Positions 52,554-64,000 of a DNA stretch of 64,000 bases are shown here, piece after piece. The notes under the pieces were generated by a model. That model searched no databases. It worked only from the letters and a program-made list of their open reading frames with translations, and was not told where the DNA came from. Where the stretch lies: positions 3,698,300 through 3,762,299 of the forward strand of contig JASGHJ010000002.1 of the NCBI GenBank assembly GCA_047602405.1, in the 5' to 3' direction. The DNA comes from Anaeromyxobacteraceae bacterium (lineage in GTDB: Bacteria > Myxococcota > Myxococcia > Myxococcales > Anaeromyxobacteraceae). Made by a program: the position numbers and the translations under genes. Position 1 is the first letter of the stretch, and each line of letters starts with the position of its first letter.

Positions 52554-53045
52554 TCACGCCGCCGTGGCCGCCCGCTGGACCGACCACGGCTCGGGCGCCT
52601 CCGCCGGGCGGGCCGGCGCCTCGCGCCAGCGGCCGGCGTGCACGCCGAGCGCCTCGAGCCGGTGCCGGAGCGCCTGCAGGCGGCGGTCGCGGTCGCGCTC
52701 CGCCTCGGCCCCCTCGCCGTGGAGCCTGAGCGCGATCGCCACGTAGATCTCGTCCGCGCCCGGCACCTGGCGCGAGTCGTAGAGCGCCGAGTGGAAGGGC
52801 TCGAGGTCGCCCGCCCCGTCCTCGCCGAGCGCGGCCGCCCCGACGAGCGTCGCCGCCTCGGCGGCCGCGCGGGCGGCGAGCACCTTCGCCCCGGCCTTCC
52901 CGAGCGTGGACCACAGGCGGACCTCGACCGCGACGACCGGCCGGCCGCGCGCGCCGATCGCCCGCTCCGCGTAGACCTCGTGGTAGACCCGGTGGCCGCG
53001 CACCGCCGCGCCGATCGCCTCCGGATCCGGGCTCGCCGCCGCCAT
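52554..53045 (-). CDS. Hypothetical protein
   Basis: 3' part of ORF 52554-53786 from MAAASPDP; typical codon usage. Confidence 0.6.
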   Translation of the reverse strand: MAAASPDPEAIGAAVRGHRVYHEVYAERAIGARGRPVVAVEVRLWSTLGKAGAKVLAARAAAEAATLVGAAALGEDGAGDLEPFHSALYDSRQVPGADEIYVAIALRLHGEGAEAERDRDRRLQALRHRLEALGVHAGRWREAPARPAEAPEPWSVQRAATAA

Positions 53046-53152
53046 CGCCGAGCGTCGCCTCCCGGGAGAGCGTACCGCTCGACGGCGCGCCCGGGCAGGC
53101 CGCGCCTGGCGCACGTTGCCGCACCGGCCCGAAAGAGCCGGGGGGTCCTTCG

Positions 53153-53675
53153 CTACGCGGCGGTCTCGTCCTCGCGCGGGGGCACCGACCCGGCGGGCGC
53201 GGCGGGCAGGCCGACCGGCCCGCTGCGCGCCTCGCGCTCGAGGCAGTCCGGGCAGGTGCCGAGGAGCTCGTGGTGGTGCGCGTCGAGGCGGAAGCCGTAC
53301 TTCGTCGCGACCTCGCGCTGCAGGATCTCGAACGCCTCGAACTCGAACTCGATCACCTTCGAGCAGCGGCCGCAGATGAGGTGATCGTGGTGGTGGCGCC
53401 CGAAGGTCGTCTCGTACGAGCGCGACTCGCCGGCGAGGATCGCGGGCTCGAGGATGCCCGCCTCGGCGAGGAGCGGCAGCGTCCGGTACACGGTCGCCTT
53501 CGAGCCGCGGATGCCGCGCTTCTTGAGGTCCGCGATCAGATCTTCGAATCGGATAGTGACCGTTTCGCGCGAGCGCCGCCTCGACGATCGCGGCGCGCGC
53601 CTCCGTCAGACGAAGGTCCTTCTTGTGGAGGAAGCGTTCGAACTTCTCGAGAGCTTCCTGGGTCCTTTCGTCCAT
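53153..53675 (-). CDS. fur: Fur-family transcriptional regulator; frameshift at ~53547
   Basis: LRLTEAR..H|..SKATVYRTL..HHHDHLICGRC..GTCPDC; one extra base in ccg att cga. Confidence 0.9.
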
Positions 53676-53857
53676 GGTCGATGCTCCTTGCGACGGCGTC
53701 TCAAGGTCTAGCGGGGTGCCCCCCGTGAAGTCAAATCGGGAATCGACCCTCGCCCCAGGGGCGTTCCCTTCCAGGAGGCGGGCCACGATGCTGGTGCCTG
53801 CGCCGGCGCCCCGGGGCGCCGCTGCCCAAGAACGCTCCGTTCCGGTATGGAGAGTCC

Positions 53858-56029
53858 GTGAGTCCTGAAAGGGCCGCCCCCGCGGTCGCCGTCGCGCTCC
53901 TCCTGTTCGCCGCCGCCCCCCCCGAAGCCCGCGCCGCGGACCCGACCCTGGAGTCCGCGCTGCGCTCCATCGCCCAGGCGGGGCCCCTCTCGACCGCGAG
54001 GCTCGGGGTGCTCGTGGCCGACGCGGCCACCGGCGAGGTGCTCCTCGGCAAGGACGCCGACGTCCTGCTCAACCCCGCGTCGAACGTGAAGCTCGTGACC
54101 ACCGCGGCGGCCCTCGCCCGGCTCGGGCCCGGCTTCCGGTTCGACACCGAGTTCCTCGTCGATACGGCCCAGGCGGGTTCTGCCAGCCCGCGGGCGCTCT
54201 ACGTGCGCGGGAAGGGTGACCCCACCCTGGTCACCGAGCGGCTCTGGGCCATCGCCGGCGAGCTCGCCCACGCGGGCATCAAGCGGATCGGCGACGTGGT
54301 CCTCGACGACGGCTACTTCGACGCCGAGCGCGTCGGGCCGGGCTTCGACCAGGAGGACGGCGACCGCTCGTACCTCGCCCCGGCGGGCGCCCTCTCGTTC
54401 AACTGGAACACCGTGGCGATCTACGTCGCGCCGGGCGACCGCAAGGGGGCGCGCGCCCGCGTCGAGCTCGAGCCGTCGAGCGACCTCTTCTCCGTCGAGG
54501 TCCGCGCCGTCACCGGGTCGCCGCGCGGCGCCCGGCGCGTGAAGGTGAGCTCGAGCTTCACCGGCGGCCGTCAGCGCATCGTGGTGGAGGGCCAGGTGCC
54601 CGCCGGGAGCCGCACCCAGGTGGTCTGGCGGCGCATCGACGAGCCGGCGCTCTACCTCGGCCACTCGCTCGCCCGCCTGCTCGAGCTGCGCGGCGTGAAG
54701 GTGACCGGGCGGATCCGCGCCGGGCAGGTGCCGGCGGGCGCGCGGCTCGTGCACGTGGCCTCGTCCGACACGCTCGCCGAGGTCGTGCGGCGGCTCAACA
54801 AGACCTCGAACAACTTCGTCGCCGAGCAGCTCCTCAAGACGCTGGGGGCCGAGGTGAAGGGCGCCCCCGGGTCGTGGCCGAAGGGCGTCGCCGCGGTCGA
54901 GGAGTTCCTCGCCGAGGCCGGCGTGCCGCGCGGCGGCTACGTGATGAAGAACGGCTCGGGCCTCAACGACGCGAACCGCTTCAGCGCGCGCCAGCTCGTC
55001 ACGGTGCTCCGGGCGATGTACGCGCGCTTCCCCCTCGCCGCCGAGTACGTCGCCTCCCTGCCGGTCGCCGGCCGCGACGGGACCCTGCGGTTCCGGCTCG
55101 ACGGGACCGAGGCCGCCGACCGCCTGCGGGCGAAGACCGGCACGCTCGAGAACGTGACGAGCCTGTCCGGCTACGTGCAGACCGCCGGCGGGCGCACCCT
55201 CGCGTTCGCGGTGCTCGCGAACGACTTCTCGGGCCGGGCCTCGGGCGCGGCGCGCGGGGTGGACGCCATCGCCGGCGCGCTCGCCGCGAGCGGCGGCGGG
55301 GCGGCCGCGATCGACGCGGCGGTGGCCCTCGCCCGCCCGCCGAGCGCGACCGCCTCCCCGGCCGCCACGACCGCCGACCTCGCGAGCGCCGCCCGCACGT
55401 ACTACGCGCTCGCCCGGGCCGGCGACGCGCGGAACGTCGCGTTCCTCCGCTCCGCGCTCCGCGCCGAGACCGACCCGGCGCTGCGCCTCGCGGTCGGCGA
55501 GGCGGCCTACCTCTCCGAGCCGGACGGCGACACCGCGCGGCGCCTGTTCCTCGAGGTGCTCTCGCCCGACGCGGCCGCGATCGGCCGGCTCTGGACCGCG
55601 CTCGCGGGCGACGACCCGCCGCCGGTGGTCCGCTCCGCCGGCGAGCTCGCGGCGGAGGGCGGCGGGGACGCGCTCGCGCGGCTCGTCGAGCTCTCCCAGG
55701 CGGCCGCGCTCGAGCCCCGGCTCGCCGACGGCCTCGCCGACGCGCTCGCCACCGCCGCTGCGGGCGCGCCCGACGAGCTCGTGACCGCGCTCCGCACCGC
55801 CTCGCCCGGCGCGCGCGAGGCCGCCACGGTCGCGCTCGGCCGCGGCCTCGGCCGCAGCGAGGAGAAGGACCACCCCTTCCCGCCCGCGCTGGCGCACCTC
55901 GCGGCCGGGGACGGCGAGCCCGCCGCCTTCGCGCGGGACCTCGCGGCGCGGCTCGAGACGATCCGCCGCGCGGCCGAGGAGCGGCGCGAGGCGCCGAGCC
56001 TGGAGCCCGCTGCATCCGCGCCGCGCTGA
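53858..56029 (+). CDS. dacB: D-Ala-D-Ala carboxypeptidase/endopeptidase PBP4 (S13) with C-terminal helical extension
   Basis: PASNVK (SxxK), KTSNN (SxN), NGSGL, AKTGTL. Confidence 0.93.
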   Translation: MSPERAAPAVAVALLLFAAAPPEARAADPTLESALRSIAQAGPLSTARLGVLVADAATGEVLLGKDADVLLNPASNVKLVTTAAALARLGPGFRFDTEFLVDTAQAGSASPRALYVRGKGDPTLVTERLWAIAGELAHAGIKRIGDVVLDDGYFDAERVGPGFDQEDGDRSYLAPAGALSFNWNTVAIYVAPGDRKGARARVELEPSSDLFSVEVRAVTGSPRGARRVKVSSSFTGGRQRIVVEGQVPAGSRTQVVWRRIDEPALYLGHSLARLLELRGVKVTGRIRAGQVPAGARLVHVASSDTLAEVVRRLNKTSNNFVAEQLLKTLGAEVKGAPGSWPKGVAAVEEFLAEAGVPRGGYVMKNGSGLNDANRFSARQLVTVLRAMYARFPLAAEYVASLPVAGRDGTLRFRLDGTEAADRLRAKTGTLENVTSLSGYVQTAGGRTLAFAVLANDFSGRASGAARGVDAIAGALAASGGGAAAIDAAVALARPPSATASPAATTADLASAARTYYALARAGDARNVAFLRSALRAETDPALRLAVGEAAYLSEPDGDTARRLFLEVLSPDAAAIGRLWTALAGDDPPPVVRSAGELAAEGGGDALARLVELSQAAALEPRLADGLADALATAAAGAPDELVTALRTASPGAREAATVALGRGLGRSEEKDHPFPPALAHLAAGDGEPAAFARDLAARLETIRRAAEERREAPSLEPAASAPR

Positions 56030-56081
56030 CTGGCGCGCCGCCGGGTTCGCTGAGAGAATATCGGGGCCCGACGGTCCCACC

Positions 56082-58673
<2,592 letters not shown>

Positions 58674-58677
<4 letters not shown>

Positions 58678-59675
58678 GGCGCCGGCTCGGCCGCCGCCGG
58701 GCCGCGCGCGCCGGAGGGCGGCGGGTCGGCGTGGTCGGGCCCGAGCTCGAGCAGCGTGCGCAGGAAGCCGCGCGGGCGGCGCGCCGCACCGGCGAGGTGC
58801 TGCAGGAAGTCGACGAGGCCGGGCACGCGGTCGTCGTCGGCCCAGACCGCGTCGGCGCAGGTGGCGCGGTGGCGGCGCTCCCACGCCCGCCAGCGCCGGT
58901 ACTCCTCGCCGCCGAGCACGCCGAGGGCCCGCTGGCCGCGGGTCGCGAGCTCGAAGAGGTTGCGGTTGCAGAACGCGGTGGCGTGGCGCTCCGGGTGCGC
59001 CCGGGAGGCGGCGAGCAGCCGGGACACCTCGGCGGCGTCGCCGCACGCGGCGGCGTGCACCAGCCGCGAGATCTCGAGGCCGCGCGCCTCCTCGAAGCCC
59101 ATCTGCCCGTAGAAGCGCGGGTTGAAGTCGATGAGGAGGTTGCGGTCGCCCTCCTGGATGAACTCGACCTCGAAGGCGCCGTGGTACCGGACGCGCCGGC
59201 AGAGCGCGGCGAGCCGCCCGGCCAGGCCCGGCGCGACCGGCTCCGCCTCGAAGCAGATGCCGGTGCCGATCTTGCGCGGCCACTGGAGGAGCTTCGTGGC
59301 CGCGCGCAGCTCGACCTCGCCGGAGGGGGCCGCGAAGCCGGCGACCGAGTGGATGGTCTCGGCGGCGCCCACGTGGAACGCCTGGATCATCGGGCGGACG
59401 ACGCCGGGCTCGGCCCGCACAATCTCGGGGTGGTACCGGTTCCGGCGGACGAACTCGACGTAGGCGGCGACGAGCTCGCCGGGGTGGTCGACCCGCCGGC
59501 CCTTCACCTTCGTGTCGAAGAAGATTCGCGTCTGCGGCTTCACCATCACCGGGTAGGTGAGCCGGTGGGCGAGCCGCTCCACCTCGGCGACGTCGGCCGG
59601 GAAGTGGGTGACGGGCGCCTCGAGCCCCGCCTCGAGGCAGAGGTCGTGCAGCCGCCGCTTGTTGAGCAACGCGGC
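58674..59675 (-). CDS. ATP-grasp carboxylate-amine ligase-like protein, 5'-truncated at junction
   Basis: LNK..L, YPVMVKP, MIQ, GAFEVEF, IDFNPRF; N-terminal domain missing. Confidence 0.8.
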
Positions 59676-59917
59676 GATCCCTGGTCATCACCGTCACCGG
59701 CGTGCAGATCGCGGCGCTCATCATCGGCGCCGTCGTGATCGAGCGCGTCTTCGTCATCCCCGGCCTCGGCTCGATGCTGCTCGACGCGGTCGGCAATCGC
59801 GATCTGCTGACGGTGCAGTCGGTGGTGATGGTGCTCGTGGCGATCACCCTGCTCATGAACCTGATCATCGATGTGATCTACACCATCGTCGATCCCCGTA
59901 TGCGAAAGGGGGCGTGA
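59666..59917 (+). CDS. Peptide ABC transporter permease DppB/OppB-like, C-terminal fragment only
   Basis: NAAIP-VITVTGVQ..GAVVIERVF.IPGLG..RD..VQ..DPR. Confidence 0.88.
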   Translation, partial: ATRRSLVITVTGVQIAALIIGAVVIERVFVIPGLGSMLLDAVGNRDLLTVQSVVMVLVAITLLMNLIIDVIYTIVDPRMRKGA

Positions 59918-59918
59918 G

Positions 59919-60822
59919 ATGGACACGACTCAGATCCCCACTCCGCCGAGCCAGGCTCCCCGAACCAGTGCGATCTCCGCACCGACCGTTCCCCGTCGAC
60001 GCACGAAGCGCCTGGGGCTCTCCACGCTCATCGTCGGCTTCGTGCTCGTCGGCATCGTCGTGCTCACCGCCATCGTCTCGTTCGTCTGGACCCCCTACGA
60101 CCCGATCCAGGTGAACCCGGCCGACCGCCTGCAGGGGCCGAGCGCCGCGCACTTCTTCGGCACCGACAAGTACGGCCGCGACCTCTTCTCGGGCATGCTG
60201 GTCGGCGCCCGCATCACGCTCTTCGTGGGCCTGATCTCGGTCGGCATCGCGCTCTTCGTCGGCACCCCGATCGGCATTCTCGCCGGCATTCGGGGCGGCT
60301 GGCTCGAAGAGGTCATCATGCGCACGAACGACATCGTGCTCGCCTTCCCGGCGCTGCTCCTCGCCATCATGTTCAGCGCCGTGTTCGGCGCATCGACGCT
60401 GACGGCGATGATCGCGATCGGCATCGCGACGATTCCGGGCTTCGCCCGCGTCGCCCGCTCGGGCACCCTGCAGGTGATGAACACCGAGTACGTGCTCGCC
60501 GCTCGGGCCGCTAGCCAGTCGAGGTTCCGCATCGCGGTGCGCCACGTGCTGCCGAACATCATCGGCATCGTCGTCGTGCAGTCATCGGTGTCGTTCGCGC
60601 TCGCGGTGCTCGCCGAGGCCGCGCTCAGCTTCCTCGGGCTCGGCACTCCCCCGCCGACTCCATCGTGGGGCCGCATGCTGCAGGAGTCGCAGCAGTTCCT
60701 CGGCACCCATCCTTCCCTCGCCATCTTCCCGGCGTCGCCATCGCCATCGCCGTGATGGGCTTCAACCTGCTGGGCGATGGACTGCGCGATCGTTTCGATC
60801 CCAAGCTGAACGGAGGCCGGGC

Positions 60823-60826
<4 letters not shown>
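59919..60826 (+). CDS. Peptide ABC transporter permease DppC/OppC-like; frameshift at ~60729
   Basis: HFFGTDKYGRD, EYVLAARA, HVLPN, PSWG; FNLLGDGLRDRFDPK in shifted frame. Confidence 0.9.
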
Positions 60827-62594
<1,768 letters not shown>

Positions 62595-62617
62595 CCGGCA
62601 CCCCGAAGGAGACGCAG

Positions 62618-64000
62618 ATGCTCAGACCAAGCTGTACGCGAAGAACGCCGCGGAGCTCTCCGAGGGGTACGCCGCCGGGGTGTTCACCCCGAGCGAGGTC
62701 GCCGAGAGCGTGCTCGACCGCATCGCAGAGCGCGAGCCCGAGCTGAACGCCCTCTACCTGCACGATCCCGAGCAGGTGCGCCGGGATGCCGCCGCTTCGA
62801 CCGAGCGGTGGGCATCGGGGAGCAGCTCTGCCGCTTCGACGGCGTGCCAGGCATGGTCAAGGAGAACATCGCGCGCGCGGGCCAACCGAAGCCCTCGGGC
62901 ACTGCGATTCCGAACCCTCCGGTTCCGGCTCGGAACGCCCCGACGACCGATCGCCTGCTCGAGGCGGGCGTCACTTCTCGGCTCGACCACCATGCCCGAC
63001 TGGGGCATGCTCTCGTCGGGCGTTTCGAGCCTGCACGGCATCACCCGCAACGCGCTGAACCCCGCGCACACCTCGGGCGGCTCGAGCGCGGGTGCGGGCA
63101 CCTCGGCGGCGGCCGGCTATTCGCCTGCTGCACATCGGCACCGACATCGGCGGCTCGATCCGCCTGCCGGGCAGCTGGCAGGGGCTCGCGCTCAAGCCGA
63201 GCGAGGGCCTCATTCCGCTCGACGCGCCCTACACTCGGGGCGGGTCGCCGGACCCCTGACGCGCACCGTCGCCGACTCGATCAGGCTCATGTCGATCGTG
63301 GCGAAGGCCGACGACCGCGACCACCCCACGCGCCCCTACCCCGAGATGGATTGGACTCCCAGCTCCGAACCCCCGCGGCATGCGGGTGGCGCTGCAGCTC
63401 GATGCGGGTTCGGGCCTGCCGGTCGAGCCCCAGATGCTCTCTAGACCGCGAGGGCTGCCGCCGCGCTGTTCGAGCAGGCCGGCGACCGTCGAACCGCTCG
63501 ATCCCTTCGTGCCCGCGGAGGTGCTCGACGGCATCGTCGACTTCTGGCGCAGCCGCTCGTACTCCATCTTGAGCTGCTGAGCGACGAGCACCGCGCATCG
63601 GTGCTGCCGTTCATCGTGCAGTGGTGCGAGGCCGGCGCCGGGTTCTCGGCCGCCCAGACGGTGCGCGGCCGCGGCATGATGGACGAGATGGCGAGGCTCA
63701 CCCGGGCGCGGCGACGGCTCCGTTCATTCTGGTGCTCTCGCCGGTCACCCCGGTGGCGGTGTTCGCGGCCGAGGATCCCATGCCCATCACCGACCCGCTC
63801 AAGACGATGGGGTACATCTCGTTCACCGTGCCCTACAACATGTCGGGTCAGCCGGCCGTGTCGGTCGGCGCGGGCGTGCAGGCCGACGGCCGCACGATCG
63901 GTCTGCAGATCGCGAGCCGCATCGGCACCGATGACCGGCTCATGCGGGTCGCGCTCTGGTTCGAGCAGGCGCGAGGCGCCGACGTCGACTGGAGCGCCGT
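62618..64000 (+). CDS. Amidase-signature family enzyme, multiple frameshifts, runs off window
   Basis: [53 protein letters not shown]. Confidence 0.88.

Overview
About 59.7 kb of a very GC-rich Anaeromyxobacter-like (Myxococcota) chromosome, joined abruptly at ~59,670 to ~4.3 kb of different, frameshift-riddled, actinobacterial-looking DNA (dpp/opp ABC transporter plus amidase), most likely a chimeric join. The myxobacterial part is mostly housekeeping: ftsZ, alaS, an ECF sigma operon, trmB, an ABC exporter, mltD, dusB, a ZIP transporter, a moxR-DUF58-bat operon, gshA, an S41 peptidase, a ~3,800-aa TPR-like protein, queC, ddpX, an orphan m6A methyltransferase, can, corA, fur, dacB and a hybrid histidine kinase. 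The main unexplained signal is a quasi-palindromic 15-bp motif, ACGACTCWCGGWCGT. It occurs as a perfect six-copy intergenic array (34186-34339), as two sites flanking the S41-peptidase promoter, and as about 8 degenerate copies written into neighbouring genes with rare codons. All lie in an ~8-kb zone that also holds a stand-alone HUH/Y1 (RAYT-like) transposase with a sigma54-type promoter. This looks like an undescribed clustered DNA-site system (operator/parS-like or REP/RAYT-like). All calls were made by eye, without database searches.
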